From assembly GCF_009914755.1 (NCBI RefSeq), contig NC_060942.1: a DNA stretch of 64,000 bases. One strand, given 5' to 3'. The notes beneath the pieces are model-generated. The model was not told the DNA's origin. It worked only from the letters and a program-made list of their open reading frames with translations, and did no database searches. Of the stretch, positions 1 to 13,400 are shown piece after piece. Source of the stretch: the human T2T-CHM13v2.0 reference genome, Homo sapiens. Numbering within the stretch: position 1 is the stretch's first letter; the number at the start of each line of letters is the position of its first letter. Made by a program: the position numbers and the translations under genes.

Positions 1-610
1 CCTTCCTAGCCCTAAGAATCACAATTCTACTTTCTACTTGTATGAACTCAAATTTGTTTAGCTTCCATGTATGAGTGAAAACATGTGGTATTTATCTTTC
101 TGTGCCTGACTTATTTCACTTAACATAATGTCCTTCAGCCTCATCCATTTTTCCATGAATGACACGATTTCATTCTTGTTTTTTTTTTTTTTTTTTTGGC
201 CGAATAGTGTTCCATTGTGTATATATACCACATTTTCTTTATCCATTCATCTGCTGATGAACATTTAGGTTGATTTCATATCTCAGCTCTTGTGAATAGT
301 GCTGCAATAAACATAGGAATGTGGATATCTCTTCAACATGTTGATTCCTTTACTTTGAATAAATGCCCAGTAGAATTGCTAGATTATATAGTAGTTTTAT
401 TTTTAGCTTTTTTTAAGAACTTCCATGCTGTTTTATGTAATTGATTTTCCAATTGACATTCCCACCAATAGTGTGTAAGAGTTCTCTTTTCTCTACATCC
501 TTGCCAGCATTTGTTATTTTTTTCTTTTTAATAATAGCCATTCTAACTAAAGTGAAATGATATCTCAGTGTAGTTTTGATTGCATTTCCCTGATGATTAG
601 TAATGTTGGA
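1..610 (-). mobile_element. Old LINE-1 fragment (L1MA/L1MB-type), ORF2 C-terminus and 3' UTR, continuing past the left edge
   Basis: Antisense L1 3' motifs (atgagtgaaaacatgtggtatttatctttctgtgcctgacttatttcacttaacataatg; tagccattctaact). Minus ORF 58-246 contains DIMLSEISQAQKDKYHMFSL, a typical L1 3'-end translation. Confidence 0.9.
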
Positions 611-2696
611 AAAATTACATTTTTGCTTCTGCTTATTTTCTTACATTTCTTTCTTTCCTATCTTCTACCATTCCACCTTCTTCTTGATGAAGAAATAGTA
701 CTTACAAGGTCATATGGGAGGTGAACATAGTAGGATGTGAGGAAGTGAAGGTTCAGTAGCCCCAGAGTTCTGTGGTATGGAAAGATAGGCAAACATGTCT
801 GCAAAGCTGCCTATTCTTCCTGCTCCAGAAGCAGCCCTGCTCAGTATCCACACCTAGCAAGGTACCCAACAAAGATTCAGTGACATTCAAGTCTATCAAG
901 GAGATTTCCTAATTTATGTATGTGGGATTTGCAAACTTCACCATAATGTATTCTGAAAGTTTTGCATTCTTTCGACAAGATATATTGAATCTCAGGCCCT
1001 GGTCTCTGATTGATCCCAACACTGGGGTCATATGTTAGAGTGCTACACAGTTATCTGACAAGCCTTTATTATATATTGTAAAAGGCTAGCATCCTGGTGA
1101 GAATCCTCAAAGGTCATTCCTGGAAAAGGGCTTTAGGCTTTTTAATTGGGTGAGAAATGGGGAGCTGTTTCCACTCACGGTGTTGGCAGTACCAAATACA
1201 TGCTGTTGGCTCCAGCTGCCTTTATCAAGGTGTGGGATGCCCGTTTGGAGAGAACTGCCTTAAACCAAGGTCATGACATTCATTCTCAACATGAGAGAAA
1301 TTGATTTTTTAAATTTCTGTTTCATAGCTTTAGAGTGCTTGTAACCTAGGCCAGCCTACTCCAAATAAATATCCTGGGAACCAAGAGGACCCCAAAGGAG
1401 CATTGATATGGCATGCCACCAACAGCTTCCCTTGGAAAAATCGGGAAGTCAGCAAAACTTAGAATTTTGCCTGTCATTTTACTCAGATTTCTTCCTTTCT
1501 CGGGTCTCTATTGGATGAGCAAATCTTAGAAATTTCCGCAAAGGATACTGGTAATAACACAACTTGTGACTACTAAGAGAGATTTAATCAATGTCTTGAG
1601 GTTTAAAAGCCCCAAACCTCAAAGGAATAAAACTGTAATGATTGAATGAAAGCCTATTTGTTTAAGGTTTGGGGAAGGAAACTAGGACACAGGCCCCATA
1701 AATCAAATTGCTGACAGGCTTCCATCCAGCCTGGCTAATCCATTTCCTCACCTGGGGTAAAGAAAGCAAAACACCAATAGTAGATCAAGAATACCAGCTG
1801 CATACAAGGACATTATATATATTAAAAAATTATCTTGGGGGGCCATCATGGGCCCTTTCTCATACTAGCCGACTCACCTTAGAAATATTACTTCCTCATT
1901 GTTTTGCTGAAGAAGTTAGGATAGATGATTTTATCTAGCCGCTTGAAGTGAATCTCTTTTTCTCTCTGTCTCCTGTGGCACACAGGGAAATCAGTGAGAG
2001 AATGAGGGCAATGGTAACTACAGAAGCACCGGTGAAATTTTCTTAGTGTATGCCAGTCTGTGTGAGAGAAAAAGATGTCTTACTCAAGGTTAGTTACAGG
2101 GAGATGTTGCTCACAACACTCTAGGATTTATGACAGTTCCACTCACTATTTTGGAGAGCAGATTCTAACCTTACTCATTGGATACAGTTTGTGGAATTGC
2201 TGCAAAGTGTTATTCTTTGCAACAGATGGCATTCCAGGCATGTGGCAAAATTACTCTATTTTATTTGGGCATCAATCAAATTTTAGGAGGGTGAAATGAA
2301 ACGATTTGGAACAAATAAGGTATTTTTCCCCACTCCATCAGGTACAAACTTTTTAAAATAAAATTGTTTGCTGGGAAATACATTTTATTTAAAGTTACAG
2401 AATACTAAGAGAAAGCTTTTCAAATTGTGTATCCTCTGCCTTGGAAAGGGAGAAGTGGCACAAAGCTAAGCAGTGAGATTATCATTGTTTAGTCTGGGGA
2501 GAAACTTAAAGCCTAGGAGTAGAGCTACAAGTTTTAGAAGGTAAAGAAAACCAGCTTCTTCCTCTGTGTGATTTGAGAGGTGATAATAAGGTCCTATTGG
2601 ACGAAGATAATTTGTGAATTATAGGAACTTAAGACTTCAAGGATCCAATTGAGTTTTCATTGTGAGATGATGGTATGACATTAAACACATGAAGAC

Positions 2697-2987
2697 ACCT
2701 TAGAAAACCACTAGACACATGCTATACATTCAGTCCATTTCAGTTTTCATTATTGTAGTGATTATTGTCACAATCATAGCGTTTCCCTGTGAAACCTTAG
2801 AAAATCACCAGACACATGCTATACATTCAGTCCATTTCCGCTTTCATCATTGTAGTAATTATTATTACTATCACAATGTTTCCCTGTGAAACCTTAGAAA
2901 ATCACTAGACACATGCTATACATTCAATCCATTTCAGTTTTCATCATTGCGGTGATTACTGTTACAATCACAATGTTTCCCTGTGAA
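2697..2987. repeat. Tandem repeat, 3 x 97 bp
   Basis: Unit ACCTTAGAAAAyCACyAGACACATGCTATACATTCArTCCATTTC...TTTCCCTGTGAA starts at 2697, 2794 and 2891. Confidence 0.95.
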
Positions 2988-3304
2988 TGTTTCACCCTTT
3001 GCGCTTCCCACAATAATTTACCATTGTTTATTTATGTGACTTTCTCCTTATTTGACTGGAGCTCCATGAAAGTAGGAGCTGAGCTTGAAGGTATTTCTTA
3101 GCATTCCGTGCTTATCTAACCTTGAATATTAGAGATAAATAAAGCAAGTGTTATTTTGCACATGGAAATTTTCCTCTGCAGATGTTTTTCTCTTTTCAAA
3201 GAAAAATAGCAGGCATGGCAGCACTAATAGTCAGGGTTCAAATAATAAATAAGTTTTATATTAAAGCTGTATGTGAATCAAAAACCACTACATATAGGTA
3301 AACA

Positions 3305-3756
3305 TGACTCTTGCAGAATCTGAAGATTGGTTTACTCAACACCACTCCAACCCTGTTGTAGTATGTTTCCTGTAGTCAAATGCTGCAATTACCAGACTCC
3401 CATAAGCTCAAACTATTGCTGTGATCTGAGTCAGCCAGTCAAATACACCTGGATGAGACTTGGAAAGCAGATGTAAACATCAGAACACAGAGATGTACAG
3501 TTTTGTGAAAGTGTATTCATGAAAATACTTGTGTTTTGTTTGTTCTGTGGCATTTGGTTCTGTGGCAGTTGTTCTGGAACTTCTGGTGTTTAACACCCTA
3601 GTTAACAGCCTAGGTTTTTGGGTGTTAAGCAGTAGGTAACACTATCACTGGCATTTTCATTGGAATACCTCAGTGATGTATATGGGTATCTATCTCTGCT
3701 TAAGTTAAGCTAAGAATAGACTGTGTTGCCTGCAACTAAGAACTCTGACCCATACA
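3305..3756 (+). mobile_element. Old ERVL-class LTR (LTR33/LTR41-like), 5' LTR of the following internal region
   Basis: Resembles LTR33 (ccagactccc...; 3' end ctctgcttaag...tgcaactaagaactctgacccataca) and is followed by a degenerate ERVL-type PBS (ttgggaacagaagtgg). Start approximate. Confidence 0.6.
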
Positions 3757-5425
3757 ATAATTGGGAACAGAAGTGGCAGGTAGGAGATCCAAAAAGGAAT
3801 GAAAATCTGAGATGGGTTCTCTAATTTGTAGGGGGAAGGATTCAGTTACTGTTAGAGGGTGGGGTATTGGTTTTATTCCATGCCACCCAGTGCAAACTGT
3901 GATATTTAAATTATCTCTTTGGGACACCAGAAATGAAAGAATCGTTTTGATAGACTGAAATAATTCTACAATAGAGCTTTACAAAGAGAACAATAATGAT
4001 GCAAAAGACTAGCTACTTCTACCCATATTGAATAATTAAAGAGAAAAAAAGTAACAGACTCAGGATCTTAGATTCTAGGCCAAGTTAGAAAACAAGGAAG
4101 TTTCTGTGACCTACCTAAAACGATGTCCTGTAGCTCCAGGGCTAATGTGTGCACCAATAGTCACAGGACCTGATCATGTAGGTTGCTGAATTTAAAATAC
4201 TTAAATTTACGGTTTATCAGGTCTCCCAGGCAAATGTTAAGGCATTGATTGGTAAAGAATTAGACTCCACAGGATTAGAATTGGGATGCTTGGGGAAATT
4301 TCAATAACTCCAAATCCCCTGAAACTCCTAGGGCAGGTAGAAGCAGTCCCCATCTCCTGTCAGTTAAGGCTGATCCTGTGATGCTTGAAGACATTGTAAT
4401 GACTTCAAAGAACATGGTGCTAAGACTCCCCCTGCCTTGCTCTACTACTTCACCTGGCATCTGAAGGTAGATCCCAGTATGCTCTTGGGGATAAATTCAA
4501 CAAACCAAATCCAGATGTTGACTTATACATTTCAACATTTTACACCAGCAAAAGACCTTGGATATGTATGAGGGAATTGGTCCTAAGGATGCTAGACCAA
4601 AGAGGGGAAATTATATTTTACATCAGGTTGAAAATGTCTATATTGGCGCACTTACAATAAATTCTGGATTTAACGTACTAGGTCAAACTAGCCCAAATAG
4701 CTGGAAGTAGATTTAGTAATTTTCTTGGACTTTTTTTATTATTAAAGCTGGACCAAATGGTAGTCTATAGCAAATGAAGTGAAGATATCAGAAATGCTTT
4801 GGTTTAATATAAATCAAGAAATCCAAAGTCTTAGGAAAATATTGGAGTTGGGGGTGGATTTAATCACATGTGACTTATTCATCCTTTCAAAACATCTAGT
4901 CCTTCCTGAAAAACAGCCTAGATGTTATTTCTTTTCACTCAGCATAGAAAAATACATTGGTGAGAGAAGCAACAGAGGCCTTAAAAAGTATTTCAATGAC
5001 TCTCCTCTTTAGGGTGTGATAAAGATGAGAAATGTAACCATTTAAATGGCTTCCTGATTTTAATGATAAGGTTGGGTACTCAGAGTAACAATGACAAAGT
5101 AATATTTGTTAATGCCCAGAAGCAAGATGGGCATGCTATGCTACCATTGAAAACAGCAGGCATAACTGATAATCAGAATAATATGATCTACATGAAATTT
5201 TGGCAATGGCTAATTGATCATGGGGTTCCTAGAGCTTAAATGGGTAGACATTTCATGAAAATTTGACTTGATTTGCATGCCTAAAAGAGAATAACTCAGG
5301 GCTTGATAAATAGAAGCTTGACTTGAATCAATGGTATAGACTCCTGTAGGCCCTCAACCAACTTATAAACCTGACCTAGCACCAGTTGAATGAAGGGAAA
5401 GTTGAACATGCTTAAGGAGGGACCC
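3757..5425 (+). mobile_element. Degraded ERVL internal region (gag part)
   Basis: ERVL gag-like remnants (ttggcaatggctaattgatcatggggttcctag = WQWLIDHGVP). Interrupted at 5426 by a MaLR LTR with TSD GACCC. Confidence 0.7.
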
Positions 5426-8107
5426 TGTCTCAGTCTGTTTTGTGTTGCTATGACAAAATATTGGAAACTGGGTAATTTTTAAGGAACACAAATTTATTGT
5501 CACACAGTTCTGGAGGCTGGAGAGTCCAATATCAAGGTACCTGCATCTGGTGAGGGCCTTCTTGCTGCATCATTGCAGGGCAGAAGTGAGAACATGAGAG
5601 ACAACAAGGGGAGGTAGAGCTTGTTCTTTTATAATGACACCAATCTCATCCATGAGGGTGGAGTCACCATGGCCTAATTACCTCTTAAAATTCCACTTTT
5701 TAACAGTGTTACAATGGCAATCGTATTAGTCCACTCTCTCATTGCTATAAAGAAATACTTGAGACTGGGTAATTTATAAAGAAAAATGGTTTAATTGACT
5801 CATGGTTCTTCAGACTATTTAGGAAGTATGGCAGTGGCATCTGCTTAGCTTCTGGGGAGGTCTCAGAAAACTTACAGTCATGGTGGAAGGCAAAGAGGGA
5901 GCTGACACTTCATATGGCCAGAGCAGGAGAAAGAGAGAGGGGGAGATGCTACACACTTTTACACAACTACATCTTATGAGAACTCAGGACAATACAAAGT
6001 GGGAAATCTGCCCCATGATCCAATCACCTCCCATCTGGCCCCACCTCTAATATTGAGGAATACAATTTGACATGAGACTTGGTGGGGACACAGATCCAAA
6101 CCATATCATTCTGCTTCTGGCCCATCAAATCTCATGTTTTTCTCACATTAGAAAATAGAATCATGACTTCCCAATAATCCCCAAAAGTATTAACTCATTT
6201 CCAGCATTAACTCAAAAGTCCGAAGTTCAAAGTCTCATCTGAGACAAGGCTACTCCATTCCACTTATGAGTCTGTAAAATCAAAAACAAGTTAGTTACTC
6301 CCAAGATACAATGGATGTATAGACATTGGGTAAATACTCCCATTCCAAAAGGGAGAAATTGGCCGAAAGAAAGAGGCTACAAGCCCCACACAAGCCTGAA
6401 ACCCAGTAGGGCAGTCATTAAATCTTAAAGCTCCAAAATAATCTCCTTTGACTGCATGCCTCACATCCAGGACATAGTGTTTTAAGGATTAGGCTGCTAA
6501 AGCCATGGGCAGCTCTGCCCTTGTGGCTTTGCAGGATTAAGCCCCAGTGGCTACTCTCAAGGGCTAGTGTTGAGTGCCTATGGCTTTTCCAGGTGCAAGG
6601 TGCAAGCTGTCAGTAGACCTACCATTCTGGGGTCTGGAGGATGGTAGTCCACTTCTCATAACTCTTTTAGGCAATGCTGCAGTAGGGACTCTGTGTGGGG
6701 CCTCCAAACCCTCATTTCCCTTCTGCACTGCCTTAGTACAGGTTCTCCATGGGGCTCTGCCCCTGCATTAGGCTTCTCCCTGGACATCCAGGTTTTTCCA
6801 TACATCCTCTGAAATCTAGGTGGAGGCACCCAAGCCTCGACTCTTGCACTCCTTGCACCCTCGGGCTTAACATCACATGGAAGCTGCCAAGGCTTACGGG
6901 TTGCACCCTCTGAAGCAGTTGACTGAGATGTACCTAGGCCCCGTTGATCCAAGGTTTGAGCTGGAGCAGCTGGGACATGGGGAGCAGTGTCCTGAAGCTG
7001 TGCAGAACAGTGGAACCCTGAGCCTGGCTCACAAAACCATTCTGTCCTCCAAGGCCTCTGGGCCTGTGATGGGACGGACTACGGTTTCCAAAATGGCTTT
7101 GGGGCCTTTGTCCCATTGTCTTGGCTATTACCCCTTGGCTCCTTTTCACTTATGCAAATTTCTTCAGCCTACTTGAATTTCTATCCCCCCACAAAAATGG
7201 GATTTTTTTTTCTGCCACATAGCTAGGATGCAAACTTTCTAAACTATTATGCTTTGTGTTCCTTTTAAATATAAGTTCCAATTTGGGGTCATTTCTCTGC
7301 TCACACATATAAGCATAGGCTCATCACCTAAATCACCACTCTCAAGTTCAAAGTTCCACAGATCCCTAGAGCAGGGACACAATGCAGCCAGTCCCTGCTA
7401 AGGCATAGCAAAAGTGACCTTTACTCCAGTTCCCAATAAGTTCCTCATTTCTATCTGAGACCTCCTCAGCTTGGACTTCATTGTCCATGTCATTATCATC
7501 ATGTTGGTCACAACCAGTCAACAAGTCTCTAGGAAGTTCCAAACTTTCCCTCATTTTTCAGTCTTTATCTGAACCCTTCACACTCTTCCAACCTCTGCCC
7601 ATTACCTAGTTCCAAAGTTGCTTCCACAGTTTCAGTATCTTTACAGCAATGCTCATTCCTTGGTACCAATTTGCTGTATCATTCTGTTCTTGCATTGCTA
7701 TAAAGAAATACCTGAGACTGGGTAATTTAAAAAGAAAAGAGGTTTAATTGACTCACAGTTCCACAGGCTAGGAAACATGGCAGCATCTACTCAGCTTCTG
7801 GAGAGGCCTCAGGAAAGTTACAATCATGGCAGAAGACAAAGAGGGAGCTGGCATTTCACATCGCTGTAGGAGGAGGAAGAAAGAGAGAGGGGAGGTGCTA
7901 TACATTTGTAAACAATCAGATTTCATGAGTACTCAGGACAGTACCAAGGGGGAAATCCACCCCCATGATCCAATCACCTCCCAGCAGGCCCTACCTCCAA
8001 CACTGAGGATCACAATTCAACATGAGATTTGGTGGGAACACAGATCCAAACCATATTAGTAATTAAATTTTACTACGAGTTTTAGAGAGGGGAAACAAAT
8101 CACCACA
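5426..8107 (-). mobile_element. Solo MaLR LTR (MSTD/MLT1A-like), split into 5426-5721 and 8059-8107 by a younger element
   Basis: Begins tgtctcagtctgttttgtgttgctatgac and ends ...caccaca. Perfect 5-bp TSD GACCC at 5421-5425 and 8108-8112. Confidence 0.85.
5722..8058 (-). mobile_element. Full-length MaLR provirus (MSTA-like): LTR 5722-6108, internal 6109-7674, LTR 7675-8058
   Basis: Two similar ~385-bp LTRs ending cagatccaaaccatat(c/t)a around a typical ~1.6-kb THE1/MST internal region. TSD GCAAT (5717-5721) / GTAAT (8059-8063). Confidence 0.92.
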
Positions 8108-8112
8108 GACCC

Positions 8113-9700
8113 TGTAATGACTTTCCAAGCAGTCATTATAAATTTTTCTCCTAGCTTTTCCCAAAGAGATTGGTGGCAAATTTAAGGTTAACTTTGCCTT
8201 AATTGGCTCCTGGTCTTTGGAGAAGTTATTGGACATTGACTCTATGACCATACTGTTCTCTGGTAAATCACAACAGTACTGTGGTCCAGAGGTCACAGTT
8301 GAGACTTATGAGTGAATATCAGGTGGTTAAGAGAATTTATGCTTGATATTATGTCCTAGTGGGCCCAGAGGATTCACAAACTCATCTTGTGGCTACTGTG
8401 GTATAGATGGAAAAGATATATACTCAGCAATAAGCAGCAGTTCCATGTTAGCCTTGAACTTGTGGAGTGGTAGATATTAAAAGACAAGTGAAAGTCCTTG
8501 GAACTGAAAGAAATATTCCTAGAATAACTGCAGAGGTTGGTTCATAATCATAGACTCTAAAGATACAAAGATGGTTTTTTCTATTATATTCCACTTAACA
8601 TTGTGATGACTGTGTAGTGAAAGAAGAACCTTGGTAATGACAAAGGATTATTAATGTAAGTGTAATTAAATAATGAATCCAATTGTAATTTTCCAGATAT
8701 ATTATCTTTGTTATTAGCAGATTATCCCAGCTTTTGGCTCCTGTTCTTTAGCTATTTAGCTTGAGCATGTTTTTAATTCCTCCTCCACCCCATCCTAATA
8801 AACAGAAAATGCCAGAAATAGATTTTTCCCACACCTGGAAGGAGTACCAGCGTACCATAACCATCTTTATCTGGGCTTAGTACCATAACCATCTTCATCT
8901 GGGCTACATGCCTTGATTTTGTCCTCAGGAACTTTCTCCATCACATAATTTCTCAGGATAACGTGTTGGTCTACAAAATTGATGACATCATGTTGATAGA
9001 ACCAGGTGAGCAGAAAGTAAGGTTGTCTTAAATGGTTCAGTAGGAGTCATGTGTGCTTGGCACCCCAGTGAAGATATCGGGTGATATATACTTTAACATT
9101 TGAGGCTACATCTTCCAAAGAGAAATACAAGTTGCAGCACATTTTATCTTCTCTTATTAGGATAGAGGCATAATGTTTAATTGTCCTATTTGGATTTTGG
9201 AGGCAACACATATCACATATAAAGTGTATTGTTTCAACTTATTTGCCCAAAATGCCTATAGCCCTGAGCAAGAGGAAGGTCTTGTATATAAGCATCCATC
9301 TTGTATATAAGCAACGCTGCTAGTTGGCTGTCATGACCCAGATAATCCAACGGTGCTAAAAACATCTGAGGCAGATCAGTATGTTCTATGGGCCCTTTCT
9401 CAAGCTCTATGGGAAATTACAGTTGAGGACCCAGTTTTGGAGCAAAGTCAAGCCCTCTTCTGAAACAATTTTCCTTTAAGAAATAGTTGTGAGCTTGCTA
9501 ATGAATCATCATATAGAAGATATCATAGGATGTAAGTTTACATTTAACCTAAGTTGCTTATCTTTAACTGGGTTTAGTCTAATCTACTGTGTCATAAAGT
9601 CAGATGAAACCAAGAGCTTTTTATCAATAAATTTAACTATTATTTAGAATATTGTGCAAATTACGTAGGATATTGCTGGCACAAAGCCAGCTGCTACAAG
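8113..9700 (+). pseudogene. Degraded ERVL protease/reverse transcriptase region (continuation of 3757-5425)
   Basis: Protease-like ttattggacattgactct (LLDxxS) near 8226; RT-like ttggtctacaaaattgatgacatcatgttg (LVYKIDDIML, cf. ERVL HYIDDIML) near 8965-8995; many stops and frameshifts. End approximate. Confidence 0.7.
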
Positions 9701-9934
9701 TGATGCCTCTCACCCCAATATGTCTGAGTGGTTGATATGACTGCTACTCACTGGGATGGTGTCCTAATAAAGACATGGCTCTCTCTCTCCTTGGGCTTTG
9801 ACTTCCATTCTCTGGAATGGGAAATACAGGGAACTCAGTTTACCATAAGCCACATCCATTGGGGGAAGGGTATGCCTGGATCTATTTGGTTTGGAAAATA
9901 GGTTGTCATGTGTCTTTTTTTTTTTTTCTGTTTA

Positions 9935-10050
9935 TTTAGACATATGAGGAACTGAGACTAAGAAAGGTTAAACGAATTTCCCAAGGTGACAGTTTTAGGA
10001 AATAGTTCAGCTGACACTAAAGTTCTCTCATTCTTTATCCAATGTACTTT
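9935..10050 (-). mobile_element. MIR fragment
   Basis: atgaggaactgagactaagaaaggttaaacgaatttcccaaggtgacag matches the antisense MIR core. Confidence 0.75.
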
Positions 10051-10399
10051 TCACTATAACTCTGTTTCACTTGGGCTTTAACTGTTATTTCTTTAAGAAC
10101 TCTCAGATGATGCCTTTACATAGTATTAAAAGCTGTTACAAAAAATCCTTATTCTTTTCATTTCCCAGGGGCTTCTCTATTTTCCAATCCCAAAATTACC
10201 TTCTGCCCTCCATCCCAGTCTGTCACTGCTCGATCTTACTCTTAATGCATCAGTAGTTTGCTTTCTGATTGGGCTACTTTTATCTTTGGAATTTCGCACT
10301 GTAATTTCATCATCATCATTCTTTCCCCTTGCCCTTGCCAACTTTAGGTGTATTGGTTTCTGTCCATTGTTTACTTTACATCATAAAAACCCAGACATT

Positions 10400-11300
10400 G
10401 GAAAAGTAAAGGAAGATTCAAAGAAATATTAAGCAGACCAAACCTAAATGATAAGCCTATAGTCCTATCTAAAATAATAATTTGTATCCCAAGACAATAC
10501 TCTTTCAAATATGTGAAGACAATGGTCATTTTCCCCTTTGAGTCTTCTTTTCTCCAGGCCTTCCAGCCTTCCTAGGACTTACTGCCTCAGTCCTTCTAAA
10601 GCATTTTCATAAGCCCTAGTTTTGCTTTCTTTTTACTAATCTTGTGGGTGGGCTCCCTTTTTTTGTGTGGACAACTTGACCAACTAGCCACTACCAGCAT
10701 GGAAAAAAAAGATGATATTTTCTCTTGCTCTGATCTTTATATTTCTATTAACAATGTCCAGTTTTATTCTCACTTTTTTCCTCAGTAATGTCACACTTTG
10801 TTTCTCTTTAGTTTAGCTGAAACCGTCAATGTATTTTTACCTTGTATCTTCCTTTAGCATTCTTGAGTTGTTTCACATTCCTGCTACATGACTAATATGA
10901 TCACCATCCATTGTCTTGCTTTGTCCTATGGGATGTGCTCTTTATTACAACTACTGGTAAAATTTCCCTACTGTGACCTCTCTTCCACTTTCAGAGTTAT
11001 GTAAGGATACTTGCTTACAAGCCTAGATGTGGTCCAATTGGCTATCTACGCTAATATAATCCTGCTTCACATTGAAGGCACAATATTTGCAAATTTGCTT
11101 TACGTCTATAGCTTGGAACTGACATATTCTTATTTTGGTTTTTTGGGAAGACATTTAGTTCTTCTTGGTCCTGTCTGAACACTATCAAAGAGAATTCCCT
11201 CCTTCCCCTACCCCATGACTTTCAGAAAGTTATTGTGACATTTTGACAGCTATAATGTTGATAGTATGTTTCCTTTATTTCCTCCTCTGACTTAGGTAGA
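10400..11300 (-). mobile_element. Highly diverged L3/CR1 LINE fragment
   Basis: gagtcttcttttctccaggc (near 10540-10559) is the reverse complement of the CR1 LEKRRL motif. The rest is very degraded and boundaries are approximate. Confidence 0.45.
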
Positions 11301-11900
11301 ACTCTATAGAGCACTGGAGACTCGTGAATCAATGGTGCAGTTATTCATTTTTCGCTAACTTTGACAACTGTCTTGTATGTTTCCCTTCCCCATTTGGCCC
11401 AGACCTAACCTGTGGCTGTCTTGCTGAATATGGGGACCTGGACGTTTCACAGGCTGACAGGGTGAGACAACACAAGCAAATGCATATGGCCTGATGGGGA
11501 TGTTGTCAGATGCAGTCCACCCCACTGGAGGTATACTCACTCAGAGAGGCTGGTCCTGAGTGCTCCTCCCATCTGCCTCCCTGTCCCACGGTTGTGCCCT
11601 GGCTGCCCCACGCTGACAGTGGGGCTAGCCAAGCATGGCTGTTGTGAAGATCTCAAGACGATTCAGAGAAAAAGCCCAGACATCATTTTGCAGAGGATAT
11701 TATACATACAGACTTGGAAGCATTTTGAGGAAAGGTGGATAAGGTCCAAGGCAATTTTTTTTAGCCCTACTTGAGGGTGTGGGAGGGGTGAGTGGGAATG
11801 GGGGTGGGGCTGCAAATCCAGGGAAAAAATACTTGACGTGACTGACCATCTTGAGTGCAAATTGTTAACTATAAAAATCATGAGTGGTTGGCAGCTACTG

Positions 11901-12131
11901 TTTTTGTTTGCTTGTTTTTTGAGTCAGTCTTGCTCTTTTGCCCAGGCTGGAATGCAGTGGTGTGATCATAGCTGACATCAGCCTTAAACTCTGACTTATT
12001 TATTTATTTATTTTTAGAGATGAGATCTCACTATGTTGATCAGTCTGGTCTCAAACTCCTGGGTTCAATCTGTTCTCCCACCTCAGCTTCTCCAGGAACT
12101 GGGTGTATAGGCGCAAGCCACTCTGCCTGGG
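11901..12131 (-). mobile_element. Old Alu (AluJ-like) with an internal deletion in the right monomer
   Basis: cccaggctggaatgcagtggtgtgatcatagct...agagatgagatctcactatgttg...gcgcaagccactctgcctgg, about 230 bp. Confidence 0.88.
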
Positions 12132-12559
12132 TCTTTTTTTTTAAGCCAATTTTTTCCCTCTGTAAAGATGTTCCTCTCACTTTTCACCAAACCTGGACTT
12201 CGTGGTTGCCACTTCTATGCATAGTGGAAGGGACAAATGTGAAGGGAATTAGTGTTTTCATATACTTAAGAGAGTGCCTATCTTTTATTGCATTATGAAT
12301 ATGGCATTTGGTCAGGGAAGGTGAGTCCCATAGACAGTCAAAAAAAATGTCCTGTAGGTACTGTTTCAGGTCCCAGGTGTTCTTCAGGCTGCCAAATATT
12401 AGCTTTCTTCAAGGCCCAGTCAAATTCCACCTTATTTTGGAAGCATCTGCTTATTAATTTACCCAGCAGAAATTATTCTCCCTCTGAGCTCGCCAGAGCA
12501 TGCATATTGTCTGTGATGTCACTTACTTGGTAGATTTTGAAAGAGGCAGTTTGTTCTGC

Positions 12560-12690
12560 TCCTGTGTGCTTCCAGTCTTGAAGCTTACCTGACTACCTGT
12601 GTGGCCTTGGGGAAGTTAGCTAGCCTGTCTGAATCCACATGCTCTCATCTCTCCAAGAAGGATGATAACATTGCCCCACTGTTGTAATCG
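12560..12690 (+). mobile_element. MIR fragment
   Basis: tacctgtgtggccttggggaagttag...ctctcatct is a MIR core. Confidence 0.65.
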
Positions 12691-13400
12691 TTGGGTGTTG
12701 CCATGATTCACTGTTACTATGTTAGTGCCATTGCTTCATAAGCTATGAGGAATTCCAGGAAAGTCAGTAATGATTATTATGATATCATATAATTTCTGAA
12801 GTGGAGGCATCTTTTTTTTTCCCAACCACACTGACAAGTACTTGAGATCAAGGATTAAACATTATGAATCTCTGCTTTCCTAACACTGTAATGCTATGAA
12901 CATAGTAGAAAGTTAATAAATACTTACTGGGGGCCAGACGGGAGTCGTGATTCCCTTGAAAAATTACCAAAATGTTGACGTATCGTCACCAACCTCTTTC
13001 CAGAAAAAGAGTAAGCAGATTAAATGATGATTTATTTTGCAACATTGTAACTTTAAAGCCGTTGCACTGTGGAATTCGTGAGTCACAGCTTCTTGTCTAC
13101 AGTATCAACTCTAAGAAGAGACTACAAAATAATGAGACCAGTTAAACAAACTTGCCAGAACTTTCCATATCTAAATGTTTCAAAATATTTACTTTAGGAG
13201 GCTTCTCAGTTATTTCAGAAGCCATTGCTCACCACAACCAAATCCTAGTACAATTCAAAATCAAAACAGACAAACAAAAAGCAATCATTGCTCTGCCCAA
13301 AACAATGTCTACCCATCCAAATTCTTCAGTCTTCCAATCAAGGCCCATCTCAAGCTGGCTTCAGCCCACTTTTCCTCTCTTACTATTCACTAAGCAGATT

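Noticed and set aside
2697-2987. 97-bp and 25-bp (24010-24084) repeats as CRISPR-like arrays
   Set aside because: They are head-to-tail duplications without unique spacers, in primate DNA, with no cas-like ORFs.
6574-7554. Overlapping ORFs here and at 45123-45941
   Set aside because: They are decayed MaLR internal sequence; the two copies break at different places.
8852-9313. Small tandem duplications (28 bp at 8852-8905, 19-bp period at 9280-9313; also 14 bp at 29393-29423)
   Set aside because: Ordinary slippage duplications with no further structure.
13079-13085. AP-1 heptamers TGAGTCA here and at 40515 and 59584
   Set aside because: Several occurrences of a 7-mer are expected by chance in 64 kb.
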